A stretch of 58,415 nt of DNA. It comes from Hydrolagus affinis (lineage: Eukaryota). Below are positions 1 through 12,444 of this stretch, piece after piece. Location of the stretch: assembly GCA_012026655.1 (NCBI GenBank), contig JAAILG010002055.1, positions 1-58,415 on the forward strand. The letters are read 5' to 3'. The notes beneath the pieces are model-generated. The model worked only from the letters and a program-made list of their open reading frames with translations. It was not told the DNA's origin and did no database searches. The translations under genes and the position numbers were made by a program. Position 1 is the first letter of the stretch. The number at the start of each line of letters is the position of its first letter.

Positions 1-54
1 CCCCCCCCCCCCCCCCCTCACACACACACACACCCCTCCTCCCCCCCCCCACCC
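1..54. repeat. poly-C / (CA)n low-complexity tract
   Basis: C17, then (CA)n and further C runs, seen directly. Confidence 0.95.
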
Positions 55-776
55 AGATATATAATTCCAGCAACTGTAAAACACGCTCTGTGTTTATCAC
101 AGGCTCACAATGCATTTGTACATTGCACCTCCTGAGTTGCACATGTCAAATCCAAATGAATCATCACTCGCACAGCAAAGCGACGGGAGTTTTGGCGGGT
201 CCCGTTATCAACTGATTTCAAACGCAACCATTTTGTGTCATTCGGCCGCCCTGATTTGTCTTCTCACCCGAGCTACAGACAGAAGTGATGTTGTAATACG
301 TTTATGTGTGTGAATGTGGAGGGTGGGGGGGGGGGGTTACAAAAAAAATGAAGGGAGGGAGAAAGAGCACACGTGAAATAAGGAGGGGAGGGGGGGGTCA
401 GAGCGATTCAACCGTTTTATTTGTTGCAGTCTTGGGGCAAGATGTTTATCTACAGCCACCAGACACACATCCAGGACAGAGGACCTTAATTCTGTCTGAG
501 ACAGGCTGTTATTGTTATTGATAGTTAGCATCAGCGTCCAGGGTTGAGAAATGGAGCCGCTGCGGGGGGAACTTTCATGCAAGACACGGTATTGATCTAC
601 TGGTCCTCTTCCCTCCCTGAAGCTAGACGGAGGGAGCCGAGGAAACTTGCCACAATCGCACGTTTTATTCACTTTCCATACCAGCTATCATCAGTCTAGG
701 GTGGTGGGGGGGGCATGTGGGTGATGGCTTAGCTATCCATTGCTATTCAGAGCATCTCGGCAAATCAGGCTGAAGG

Positions 777-796
777 GAGAGAGAGAGAGAGAGAGA
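777..796. repeat. (GA)n microsatellite
   Basis: Direct reading. Confidence 0.95.
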
Positions 797-1090
797 AAAA
801 CTCATATAGTGTACAAAGGCAACTGATACATCAAAAGCACAACAGAATTGTCCAAGAGCACGTACTAAAGTCAATAAAGATCCACGTTGAGTAGATAAAA
901 AAAATTCCGACTGCACCTATTTAACTCCCAACTCCCAAAACAACATGTAAAGCGTTTCCATTTCCTAGGCTTCTCCCACCAAACTTTCTCTCAAATTCAT
1001 ATGACATTGTTATACTAATTTCTGGGGGAGGGTTCCCCCACGCACGCCAAGCCATTGTAATTTCTCCAGCTCGATTTTGCAATGCGCTTT

Positions 1091-1110
1091 TGTGTGTGTG
1101 TGTGTGTGTG
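1091..1110. repeat. (TG)10 microsatellite
   Basis: Direct reading. Confidence 0.95.
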
Positions 1111-2717
1111 TTGGTCGATTTTTTTTACACACACTCGGGAGTTTGCTCTTCGGTTGGAAGACTATATTTCTTTTGCGGCCCATTTCTGCTCCTGTCAAAG
1201 TCTGGACACAACTGTGTCAGCCTCGGCATAAACTTTGGTTTCTGGCTAAAATACTTCCAACATGTGAGGAGACATTTGGAAAGTTGTCTTCTCGACACTG
1301 TGATAAACAGGAACGATTTTTTTTTGGGTGGGGGGGGGTCGTTAAAAATGGTATTTGAACGAGACGTACACCCCCCCCCCCCCCACTCACACACACTCGC
1401 GCTGTAAGTTGTTTTCTTTTGGAAACAAAAGCGCTGAAATAATCAATATACAGCCAAATTATGAAAGAGTCGAGTCACTGGACTGACCTTGTTAACTAAC
1501 CACACGGTCCATTTTCTCAACCGGTTGATTCTCTAGTCTCATTTAAAAGCAATACAATCTTCTTCATGGCAAGATCCGGTTAAACCAACTTTTATTTCTT
1601 TCTCAGGACGGATGACAATTGACAAGCACCTACTCGACAGTATTTTATCACCTCCCCGTTGCCTTGTCGGGAGAGATTGCACCTCTCCTATTTGTTTGGA
1701 CGCCCAATCCATTCGATTCCCCTTGACGTTTGACTTTCTCGCACTACTGTAGGGTTACTGAACGAAGTTCACCCACCGTATAGATTTGCGATGACCATTG
1801 CCCGATAGATATAGAGAGAGAGAGAGCCTTTCAGTGTGAGTTGAGTGTGTTAGATTAACCTGAGTTTGCTGTGAAGCCAATTAAATGTGCCTGATGAGGA
1901 ACGTGTTTGACTGCAAAGTTTTGTTGAATCACCAAAAACTCACAAATAAAAATCAAACTCAATCTGTTTGCTCTTCTCCCTCATCTTTATTTTTCCTGAA
2001 TTAATTCAGACATCAGCATCATAAATCCTACCCCCCCCCCCACCTCTGTATTATGTGGGTGGGTGGGTGGGTGTGAAGCAATGTCAGGCATTCCGGACTC
2101 TGCTTGACTGTAAACATCATTAAAATAAATCAAGATCTAAGGCTGAAATGTCTTTCAATTGACTCGCTAGTACTCGCTGTGCAGGAAAACAGTGCTTGAA
2201 ACACAATCTCTGCCATCTCTCTCCCCTCCCCCACAACCCCCACCCCCTTTCCCTCTTGTACAACACTGTAACTCAAGCAAATGTATATTCAAGAGAATGA
2301 GAGGATGCGACATGTTGCCCAATGTGAGGGCTTTTGCTTTAAATTGATGTGAAGGAACCTGAAAATTATTAGTCCACAGTCACCAGGTTATTAATCAGAG
2401 AGGCACTTTAGAGTCTTGAACCCCAAGTTTTGTTAATACTTCTACATCATTATTTCCTGAACCGAAACACTGCACAGGGAGGCAAGAGAGAGAAAGGGGG
2501 CACAATCTATTGATTTGGATACAAACCGATTTGGAAGGTTTAATGATTTGTTTGATCCTCACTACCAATACCACCCCCTCCCTCACCCACCCCTGAAATG
2601 GCCAAACATGAAGCATCTCTTATCCTGTCTTTGAAGGATTTAGTTTGACGTCAGAAGTTATTGAAACTTCAATACTGTTTCACTTGGACTAAACAGGTAC
2701 TGTGGTAGCAATGATAC

Positions 2718-2943
2718 TAATCCTTGCATTTGATAGGGCGCTTTTCACGTCTTCTCGGCATCTGAAAGCACTTCGCAGAATATACTGTAAAGTGAATTGA
2801 CTGTATATTTGTGGGCGAAATGCGGCAGTCAACTCCACACAGCAGTGTCCCGCGAACAGTCGTGAGTTGAGTGACCAAAGTATTTTTGTTTTTTTTTGAG
2901 GGATTATTATTAGGTGCGTGGAGTAAGGAGATTTGCCCGAGAT
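2718..2943 (-). mobile_element. SINE family A (tRNA-CORE SINE), short variant, 5'-truncated
   Basis: Reverse complement of the 33992-34296 copy, from the CORE (GGGCAAATCTCCTTACTCCAC) to the tail (ATCAAATGCAAGGATTA). tRNA head absent. Confidence 0.92.
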
Positions 2944-4608
2944 GAACAGCTGAATTGTGCAACTTTGCATTGGGTAAATTGCTCAGCAGCCACATTTCTC
3001 TCTGATGGAGTGAAGTGTACGTATAAGGAGGTACATACATCATATCCCCCTTCTAAACATTGTTAAGCCATCTCTTTTTCTATAGAATCATAGACAAAAA
3101 CTGTAGGTATTTAAATGAGTTTGTATTCCAGACACAATTTTGGCGAAAATTGGCGACAGTACTTCCACAGGCAGTAGAGAAAATAAGATATTTTAACATA
3201 TGTTTGTACATCCTTTTTATCCATATGTGGGACTTGAATTTAATTCCAGATTTTGTTTGGCAAAAATATATTGCCTTTTTTTTGTATCTGGCAAAAGGTA
3301 CTACATCCTCTTGTTATTTTTAGCAACATTTAGCTCGGGATCTTTGAAGAAACATGCTATTTTGGAGGGGGGAGGGGGAGGTATGGCACTAATTAATTTG
3401 TTTCTGACATTGGCACTGTGATCAGTGTCAGGATTAAATTATTTGCACCCGGGGTAATTCTGAGCTGTGATCTGGAGATAAATATGAGAAATTGTATCAT
3501 TTGCTCTGAAATAATATAGAGATCAGCCATAAATGGTTAGGAAGCACAGGACAGCACAATAAGATCATTTCAACTTTACTAGATTTTCTTTGCGGCCTTC
3601 AAAATAAATAAATGTGATCCACTGAACCATCTTAAATCTCCAAAATGAATTTGGTTTACTTTTCCAATGCTGCATGAGATAAATACAGGAAACCACATAA
3701 CTCGATTGAGTCATAATATTCTCCAAGCATACTGGAACACAAAATTTTATGTATTTAGGTAATAAACATTTTAATGCTTTGAAGGTTTACATTCAATGAT
3801 ATAATGTCTCAGGTTCTGGAAGCATCACAGAATAACCCATGGAGACAGCAATGGAGTTCGAGCAATGTCTTTTCAATAATTTTGTATATCACTGTGCCAA
3901 TTTCTGAAAATACCAGACGCAAACATCTCAACTAAACTGTAACCAACATAATGGAATTCCATCCATTTGGTGGCATGAGAAAATAGAACATTTACTATGG
4001 AATCTCTATTCCAACTCACTCATTCTGTGAGCCATTATAGATTCCCCTGAGCAAGATTTAAACAGCGGTATATATTTCATTTATTTAGTCTCAGTCAATC
4101 CCTAAAATCTGGACACATCAGTTTTGTTCCACCATGATTTGAAACTTTTCAAAAATCTTCCCTTTTTGCATTCCCTCAAAACAACTCACATCTTTGAGCA
4201 GAATAAAGTTTGATTTGTACTATTTTTAACATAGGAGAGTAGCACACATCAGCACTGTTCATAAGGGCCACATACAAAAACAGCAAGCTGTTAATATTGT
4301 GTACAGTATGCACTTTTCAGTGAAAGACCGATGTATTTTTCTCAGGATTATAGCCTGCTTTGTAAATGTTGTAAACCATTCCCTTTCCTGTCAATGTGAC
4401 AGAACCAAACACAACATTCATATTGACCATTGTATCAGAGGTTAACAATGGTAAAAACCTTAGCATGCTCTCAGACTGTCTTGGGAAGATAGTTTTGCTT
4501 CACTGATTTTCTCTATCATTTCCTACCTAAACTCTCTTTTTCCAAAGGCACCATTTCATGTTGGAGGTGCAGTATAATGAGTAGGTAAGAGGCGATGGGG
4601 TAAGGGAT

Positions 4609-4785
4609 ACAACAAGAACTTGTATTTATATAAGACCCTCCATGCTAGGCGGCGTCTCAGAGCCCTTCACAATGGCGAAGTCCAAGGCCGAGAGGGGGGA
4701 GGGCGACCGTAAGCACGGTTGAAGAGAAAGGTCTTCAGGTGCGAATTGAAAATGGGAAAGGAGGGATGGTGCATTCCAGTACCTC
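4609..4785 (-). mobile_element. L2 LINE 3' end, diverged
   Basis: ACAACAAGAACTTGTATTTATATA tail, then purine-rich antisense of the ORF2 C-terminus, like the 45127 and 54190 copies. Confidence 0.6.
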
Positions 4786-5117
4786 AAACAAATATTTTTA
4801 ATGTCTGAGCATACATACTTCATATCATGTATTACATTAGACTGGGGAAAAAGCTCAGCCAAATCCATCCCTATTCCTCTCAACTGACCATTTCCAAGTG
4901 GTGGTAACCACTCCTCTTAGAGGAAGCTTAATCAGTTTTCTCTTTCAAAGCTTGCTGATGTTGAGATGTTGATATTGATCAATAAGATTCTGTGTGCATT
5001 CTAAATACAGTAAATACAGTTGGAATGTACATATAGCTGTAACAGCCTCTTTAGTTTGACCAACTGAACAAAATTATCCAAACCCCTCAGACAATTACAT
5101 TGTGCACTTGCACTTCA

Positions 5118-5470
5118 AATAATAATAATCCTTGATGTTTGCATAACATCTTCAAGATGTTTCAAAGCACTTCACAGAATATTCTGTAAAGTGAATTGAC
5201 TGTATATTTTGTGGGTTAAATGCAGGGGTCAATTGCAAATAGCAGTGTCCCACAAACAGCTGTGGATTGATTAACCAAATTATTATTTTTTTCAGAAGGA
5301 ATTATTACCCACAGAAAAGCAATCCACCAATCAAGTAGCAATTGGGTTCCTACTTATGGAGAGGTAAACAGAGGCGTGTGGAAACTTGTCCAATGCTTCG
5401 CCCAGCTGGGAATGAAACCTAGGTCTCTCGCTTGGTAGCGAGTGCTCTAACCACTGAGCTATGGGACTCC
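5118..5470 (-). mobile_element. SINE family A, full-length long variant
   Basis: On the minus strand: A box TAGCTCAGTGGTTAGAGC, B-box-like GGTTTCATTCC, CORE with an extra ~70-bp segment (5305-5378), and (TTA)n tail. Confidence 0.92.
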
Positions 5471-5479
5471 ACTTGGGAC

Positions 5480-5765
5480 CTTATAGTTGATTTCAGTATC
5501 TCAGTGCTAGTGAGAGGAAGAAGTCGACCAGGGAGATCACTCTCGATTATTGTCAAGTGATCCCTAGAGGAAATTTGTGATCAGATAGATGCCTGCTAAA
5601 GATAGTATCAGACTCAGTTATGATGTCTTTCATGATCAATACAGGCTGCTAATATTCACCATCCAGGTTCAACTATGGCTACTCAGAAGGTAGCCTTTAC
5701 CTGGGGCTGATGAACTGTATTCCAACAATAGTCCCTGTGTTTAAGAGATGAGAAGAGAAGAAAAT
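5480..5765 (+). mobile_element. ancient dispersed repeat family C (unnamed, SINE-like)
   Basis: Colinear motifs with the 21470, 31130 and 35870 copies; purine-rich GAGAAGAGAAGAAAAT end. Confidence 0.5.
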
Positions 5766-8392
5766 GTAACAAGCAAAAAATACTCAAGTCTTGATTCACT
5801 GATTAAGAATGGTCTCTTGCACACAGTGCATGGTGGCTGTCTGTGGCCTTGGAAGTGTACCTTGTCAGACGTGACTACTTAGGAATTTAGTCATTTGAAA
5901 ACAAATTGTGAAATTGTCATAAGCAGTGTGTAAAATCGTTCTTCACAGTGCAGCATTTCAATTCAGAAACAGAAGAGTTCACTGAGGGAATTGAATATAA
6001 TGGAATGTAAATTATATGGAGAAATCCCATTCCGCTAAAGCAAACCAGTGTGACAATGATCAGAAGCCCCGTGGAAGAAAACAATACTGATGTTTTGCAT
6101 TAACTAGTCCTTGTGCATATCTGCTTTCAGCACTCAAAAGCTACTTTTAGCATTGCTTAGATCCAGCTTCCTTGCTCTCTGTACACAGCTTAACCCTTTG
6201 ATCAGAGGATAACTCATTCAGCTGGCATGTGTAAACAGCGATGATAAAAGGCTACAAGAGAATCAAAATGCCAGACAACAAGCAATAAAATCCAATTGAA
6301 CAATGTTTCTGAAGATATATTCTAATGGAATGTTTTACAACTTCCTGTTTTCAACTTTGAAGTAAATTAGCAATAAAAAGCACTTTTAAAGCAACAAAAC
6401 ATTTAAAGTTAAAAAGAATAAAAGGAGGAATAATATAGTTAAGTGTTAAAAAAAATCACATTTGGCTCACAAATCACTGTTGTGAATTCAGCCTATTGAG
6501 AAAGCTTGATCACAGAACTGACATAATTAAAATGATTTTGTCTTTTGTGTATTGGGGGCAGAATACCAAAGAGTGAACAATGCAACAGATGAAAGAAAAT
6601 GTATACCAGCAGTTTGTTTGGTTAGTTGTGAATTTGCTCATGATGTAATATTACTGATAGACATTTTATTTAAAAAAAACTCTAGGGTCCTTATTTTGGA
6701 AACATTTTCCTGCTGTAAGAACACCAATTACAAATTGCATTTTTACAATAATCTATTCACCAACTTATCCTTTTGTCCAACAGCTTCATAGAGAAGCTTA
6801 AACATTTTCATTCACAACAGTGTTGGAAGACGATTATGGACTTTACTAGTATTAACAGACTACAGCAAAATATCAACAAGGGCTTGTTTTAAACAGTGAA
6901 TGCAAATAAAAACTAAAATGACCACAGAATACAAATGAAACAGGGATTATATTACACTATTTGTACCCTTATCTAAAATGTTATCTCTGATCTCTGGTTC
7001 ATTTTATAACACTGCCAGTACATTTGAAAATGCACAAGATAAGGTTCTCAATCTCAGGGATTAATCTAGGCTAGTTTCTGCAACAATTTGACCTCATAGA
7101 TGACTTTGGATAGTCTTACTTGTTTGAGTCCTCAAAACAATTATCGAAGGGACATTTAGAAAATACTGCTTTAATGTTGTCGGCTGCAATGCTCACTGCA
7201 ACAAATGACTAAATGTTGACCCTTGAGATTTTAAAACTGGAAAAATACAATTGCAAATCTTATGCTGCTCTGGCCACAAATAGGAAGTGAAGTCACTGAA
7301 ATGAATGAATCAAAAAGGGAAGGAATCTCCTGACAAACAAATATACAAAAGGAAAGTAACCTATTGTGTTAAGCGAGTGTGTTTTCTTCAAGAAATCTGA
7401 CCATCTGCTTTATACATGGTGTTATAATTAAAAGGAGCAAATAGGTTTACTGAAATAAATACGAGAAGAGACTAAAACAGAATTCGGAAGGAAAAAATGA
7501 AGTGCTAGTGTACAAATTGACACTTTCTCTTGTAAGAATGCATAGTAGTTTTAAATAACTGCATTAAACAAAAGGCAGAGAGTGGAGAGGAAGATAGAGA
7601 AGAGACCAATAGAAGGCAATTTCTCTTTGTTATCAAGCGAAATGACTCAACAAATATGACAATAAATCACTGTAGAAATCAATCTGAGTGTAGGCAACTG
7701 CTCTGGGCTGATAATGCATCAATCAATATTTAATGTTTACACTTTAATTAATCCAGAGTGAGGAAGCATTCTTTCAATGGCAAAAAAAAAGTGATTTTGA
7801 ATAAAACACCTTTTATATCAAATGTACACAAGTTGCTGACTATCTATTAGTCTTTGATTTGGCTGCCAATTGATCATCATGCCCTTTTAAATTTCATGAG
7901 TATACATTGTAACAAAAGCCGGGATGGAACATAAATACAATCTCTGGAGTGTTGTTACAAAAAAAATCTGGTTGAGGCAGATTGCAGTACTGTATAATTA
8001 AAATGCAGAGATTATGAAGAGTTGTGAGACCCATAGGTGTGCTGACCAGAGATCCAGGTCCACAAATGCTTTTTTTGTACAGTGTTAGAGGGACTTTCAG
8101 ATGCACAGAAGATAACTCTTATTTTTTAAATCTAGTCATCAGGAAACCCACAAAAGCAAGTTTGGGGGTGGGGGGGGGGGGGGGGATTGCCAGTATCTGA
8201 AACATGCAATTCATCCCTAGTCCCTGCCCAGAGAACACAGGTGCAGGTTGGCTGAGATGCTAAGACATTAAATGCACTTTGGGACTCACTGCTAGATTTT
8301 AACCAGCTAACACTGCGCAGCTTACCGTGAGGGTGCAATTCCTTTTGCTTGCCTAGCTAAGACCAAATGAGAGCACTGGCTTGTAGCAATCT

Positions 8393-8464
8393 CAACAACA
8401 ACAACAACAACAAATTACATTTATAGAGCGCCTTTCACGTCTTTCACGTCGGGAGGACGTCCCA
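8393..8464 (-). mobile_element. tail-only L2 insertion with internal 9-bp duplication
   Basis: (CAA)n-ATTACATTTATAGAGCGC-(CTTTCACGT)x2-CGGGAGGACGTCCCA. Confidence 0.9.
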
Positions 8465-8559
8465 TTCAAGAAGAATGTTAGAAGAATAATAGAGCACAAT
8501 AATAGACACGTGTCAGTGGGGTGGTGATGGGGTGAAATGTAAGAGGGTGGGTCAGGAGG

Positions 8560-8750
8560 GGGTATGGGGGGAATGACTGAAAGTGCAGTCAATGAGGTAA
8601 ATCCTAATGCGGGTTTTGAAAGTGTGAAGGGAAATAGGTGTTGGGAGAGATTTTCAGAGAGTGGGGTTAAATAGTTGGAAGCTCATCTACTGATAGGGGG
8701 TGGGGTGGGTGGAGATAGATAGAAATGGAAATGTAGATAGAGCAGGTGAA
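8560..8750 (-). mobile_element. old L2 ORF2 C-terminal fragment
   Basis: Purine-rich antisense pattern (GGGTTTTGAAAG...GAGATTTTCAGAGAGTGGGG...GAAGCTC) aligns loosely with the 45127 and 54190 copies. Confidence 0.5.
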
Positions 8751-8853
8751 ATAATCATACATTAATTCACCTATTCCTGTAACGACCTAGGCAGGCAAGC
8801 TAATCATCAATATATCTTTGGAATCAGTCTAACCCGGGTAACAGATCATCGAG

Positions 8854-8913
8854 CCCAACAACAACAACAAAATTACACTTGTATAGCGCCTTTTATGTCA
8901 GGAGGACGTCCCA
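8854..8913 (-). mobile_element. tail-only L2 insertion
   Basis: (CAA)n-AATTACACTTGTATAGCGCCTTTTATGTCAGGAGGACGTCCCA, flanked by CCCA on both sides. Confidence 0.9.
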
Positions 8914-9852
8914 CCACATAGTGTTCACTTGAGTTCACTCTTCCTTTTGCCAAACAAGTCACCTTAAACAAAAATATATTAAACTCACTTTGCTACTTCC
9001 ACCCCATCTCCCCCAAACTCCTTCCCCGCCCCTAAATGTCACTGATTATGCAGCAGGTCAAGGTAGGTTGGAAGTATTTAAGGAGCATTGTACAGTTATG
9101 AGGTTTGATTCCAAACAAAGATACACTAAACACATAGAGCACATAATTACATTTCAATCTGCGAGCTGTTTTGTTGCACTAAATAATTTTTTGAAGAGAA
9201 ATAAAGAAGCAACAGAAACCTCATGTGGGGCAGAAGGTAGACATTCAGCTGAATGGCAGTATAAATCTTCAAACTGAATTAAAATAGTGACTAAAGTAAT
9301 GGCTACTCAAACTCAAACACTGCTGCAGCATTAGATTTTTTACTGGATTGGCTGTTTCATATGATACCAAACAATTAAAAACAATGATGTAAAGCAATCT
9401 AGCAGAACAACATGGAGAAAAAATCCTGCCAAAGAATTTTTTTTACACAGCAGATTGAATTCCATTTAGTTTCTCCTGATGCAGACTAAATTTGATTCCC
9501 TCCATATTTACGCAGGAAAGTCTCTCTGAAACAGCATGTGTTCAATGGGTCCAATTTAATTGCAGTCTGACACATGTGTTGCATCATACACGTGGATGAC
9601 AATTCAAATGAGACCGTTCTCACCAATTTCCTTTGCCGCCTGTTTGCACCAAACTGTATGAAATGTTGTCATTGCTCTAAAACAACATTAAAGCAATTGC
9701 ATTCATACCACCTTATTTACATAAATACTGCAACCAAACCTTGCTTATTTTGAGCAGAGATGTCCTTATATTTGTAAATGTAATATTGGTTAAAAGTAAT
9801 ATGATTTTCGTACATTTTAGTGTTAACAATATAACATAGCATCCAATCTGAG

Positions 9853-10325
9853 GTGTTAGCCATGCTCACTTGTTAGCACAAAAGCCAAAGTACTGCAGAT
9901 GCTAGAAAGACCTGTCATAGATCTGAAATGTTAACTCATTTTCGTCTCTCCATGGATGCTGCCTGACCTTCTGCATGTTCCCAGCAACTTCTGTACAGTA
10001 TTTATATCAATTCTCTTGCCTTTGAGTTAGAAGGTTGTGGGCTCAAATCGTATGTAGGCATTTTGAGGTCATAGTTTTGGCAGACACTCTAATGGAGTTG
10101 GGATTCACTGCATTGACAGGGGGGGCCGTCCTTTGGATGAGATGTTAAACGGAGGATTAACAATAACATGGTACTAAATGAAATAGATGTGAATTTCTCC
10201 TGGCCAACAATTAATTCCCCAGTTAAGGTTGGCTGGCTATTCATCTCATCACTATATGTCAGACATTGCTGTGTACAAATTGGTTCACCTACAAAAACAC
10301 CCAGTCACTACACTTTACCAAACAA
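9853..10325 (+). mobile_element. DeuSINE (SacSINE1-like), interrupted in its tRNA head
   Basis: Head halves GTGTTAGCCATGCTCACTTGTTAGCAC (9853-9879) and CTCTTGCCTTTGAGTTAGAAGG (from 10013). Deu-like GCCGTCCTTTGGATGAGATGTTAAAC. Homologous to 31840-32246. Confidence 0.75.
9880..10010. mobile_element. short imperfectly palindromic shark-type repeat (possibly Penelope-related)
   Basis: Ends are imperfect inverted repeats (TACTGCAGATGCTAGAA / TTCCCAGCAACTTCTGTACAGTA). Internal GAAATGTTAACTC...GATGCTGCCTGACC resembles an abundant shark repeat as I recall it. Confidence 0.55.
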
Positions 10326-11370
10326 ATCACATTAAACTATGATCTCATTTGTGGAAACATAACATGATTCTGAGTTTACTATCAAGATAAAGGAGCATTC
10401 CAACAGGTTGATAGTAACAGCCTGGAGCACTGGACTTTCAATGGGAGAATGGAATTTAAATCACAGGCTCAGCATATATTCATGCTCAGAACTGGCTCGA
10501 CTCCTCATCAATTTTCTCCCTACTTTGGATTTACTGAAATAACTGTGAAATTCCATGTCTTTCTTACAAGAATGCCCTTCATATCTTATCTGTACCTCCA
10601 TCACTGGATGAATGTGACTCCACAGGAAAATTTCCATATGTAGGTGGTATAAATATATGGAACCCTCAGCTTAGCCTGGCTACTCTTAAGCACAGTGATG
10701 TGTTTCCACATGTGTCAGACAACAGGCTGACCAAAAATAACCTCCAATACTTAAGTGCTTTCTACTATTCGTGGGATACAATGACATTCCATAGCTGTCC
10801 ATTTAGAATTCTCTATTTAAATGATATGGTTTCATAAATAGTTTTCCGCCTAATGAAATAATTCAATCACCACATACTGTGATGAATAACAATAAAGAGC
10901 TAACATCAGCCATCCATTCTTTAATTCACTTATCTTATGTATTTCAGGTAACAAGTTCTGAACCAATTGAGTTGTGACCATTTACACAGTTTTAACATCC
11001 CATTGTTTCTTTATCACCTTTCATATTAACAACTCCCGGCGGGGGTATTCGGGTATTTCCAGATCTTGTGAGAAGAACATCAAAAGCTCCACCTTTCATT
11101 TTGCTTACATTCAACTGTTTCATTCTGAATTAATCACACAACATATTGACTAGGAACATCACCTGATTCTTTAGAATCTACTTAGTTAGTCTTCACATGA
11201 AGACATTTTTAGAAATATGCAATCCAGCCTTACAGTCACTGCCCCCACATGGTGTTCTCGATGGTGATGACTGTGATGCTGAGACTGTGCAATTAGATTC
11301 TGCCTTGTAGTCTATGGATTCAACTGCTGGTTATTCATGTTAATAATAATTATCAATAGTTATTATTTAT

Positions 11371-11615
11371 AATAAGCCTTGAATTTTAATAGAGCACCAT
11401 ATCACATCATCAAGACATCTGAAAGCACCTCACAGAGTTTTTTTTTAAAAAACTGAAGAGTCGTGATTGTGTAATTTGTAGGCAAACACTGTAGTCGGTT
11501 TGCACACAGGAATGTTTCACAAACAGACATGAAGTGCATGATTATTTTTTTTTATCTTGGGAGATTGTTGGCCAGTTCACTGGGAGAAACTCATTTCTCT
11601 TTTCAAATATGCCAG
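11371..11615 (-). mobile_element. DeuSINE-like 3' half, diverged
   Basis: Tail plus TTGGCCAG...CTGGGAGAAACTC...TCAAATATGCCA segment, shared with the 29428 and 18205 copies. Confidence 0.65.
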
Positions 11616-12043
11616 GTGGTAGGTTAGTGGAGGATTAGGAGTTCGCTGAGGTGGGGTGGGGCAAGGCCATGGAGGGCTTTGAATTTGACCAGGATCTTTA
11701 ATTGAGTCCTCTGGGTGACGGGGAGCCAATGGGTTCGGGCGAGGATGGGGGAGATGGGATCAAGAAGCTTGGAGTGGTAGAGGACACGGGATGCAGATTT
11801 CTGGCTTATCTGCAGTGTGTGGGGTAAGGAATTGGGAAGGCCGACAAACACGCCATTGATGTAGTCGAGTTGGGATGTGATGAAGGTGTGAATGAGGATT
11901 TCAGCAGCCTGAGTGGTGAGGTAGTGGCAGAGTCGGGCAATATTGTGGAGGTGAGGCAGGGCAGTGCGGGTCATGGCTTGGATGTGGTAGAGGAAAGACA
12001 GTTGAGGATTGAAAACGACACCTAGGTTCCTGGCTGCCTTGGT
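11616..12043 (-). mobile_element. L2 LINE ORF2 fragment (late RT / thumb region)
   Basis: Minus frame reads ARNLGVVFNPQLSF..HI...HLHNIARL..YLT..AAEILIHTFITSQLDY.N..FVGLP...LQ..QKSASRVL...ISPILARTHWLPV..R..LKIL..FKALHGLAPPHLSELL, the canonical L2-clade motif series. Includes ORF 11624..11974. Confidence 0.93.
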
Positions 12044-12223
12044 ATTTACAGGTAAACAGAGACAACAACAACAAAAACAAATTACACTTGTATAGCACCT
12101 TTCACGTCAGGAGGACATCCCAAGGATCTGGACAGCCATTGTTTCAGACATGTGGAGTAAGGAAATTTGCCCAATGTTTCAACCTGCCGGTTTCTAGCTT
12201 CTGAGGCGAGTGCTGTAACCACT
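12044..12223 (-). mobile_element. SINE family A 5' part (head + CORE, long variant), split by an L2 tail
   Basis: GGTAAACAGAGAC | ATGTGGAGTAAGGAAATTTGCCCAA...GCGAGTGCTGTAACCACT matches the 5118 and 18643 copies. Confidence 0.8.
12064..12145 (-). mobile_element. short L2 tail insertion with AGAC target-site duplication
   Basis: AGAC at 12060-12063 and 12146-12149 flanks (AAC)n...GGAGGACATCCCAAGG. Confidence 0.85.
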
Positions 12224-12444
12224 CTTCTTCCTGGTACCTATCTTAGGTGGTTGGGGGTTCTTTGTGTTTGAGTTCAGACCATGAATGTTGACGCATCATT
12301 AACTGATCGTGCTCTTTACCTGCTGTGGATTTTGTACATTTTCTCTTTGCATTTTTCAACAAGAAAAAAACGCTTGAGGTGTATGCCATGCTCCCCATAT
12401 ACATTCTAATGCACTGTGTGTTTGCAATGCTTGATTCATAAATA

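Larger units (their letters stand above)
60..1850. promoter_or_regulatory. CpG-enriched, interspersed-repeat-free promoter-like region
   Basis: Visibly more CpGs than the rest of the window (e.g. 168-300, 535-665, 1040-1150, 1650-1805). Contains G/C runs and GA/TG microsatellites but no SINE/LINE. Promoter function is inferred, not shown. Confidence 0.35.

Noticed and set aside
337-672. 111-aa minus-strand ORF near the promoter-like region
   Set aside because: GTG start, no recognisable domain, and it ends in low-complexity sequence; more likely UTR or regulatory DNA.
1495-1511. Resemblance of ACTAACCACACGG to miR-34c-3p
   Set aside because: No AGGCAGTG 5p arm or pre-miRNA hairpin upstream.
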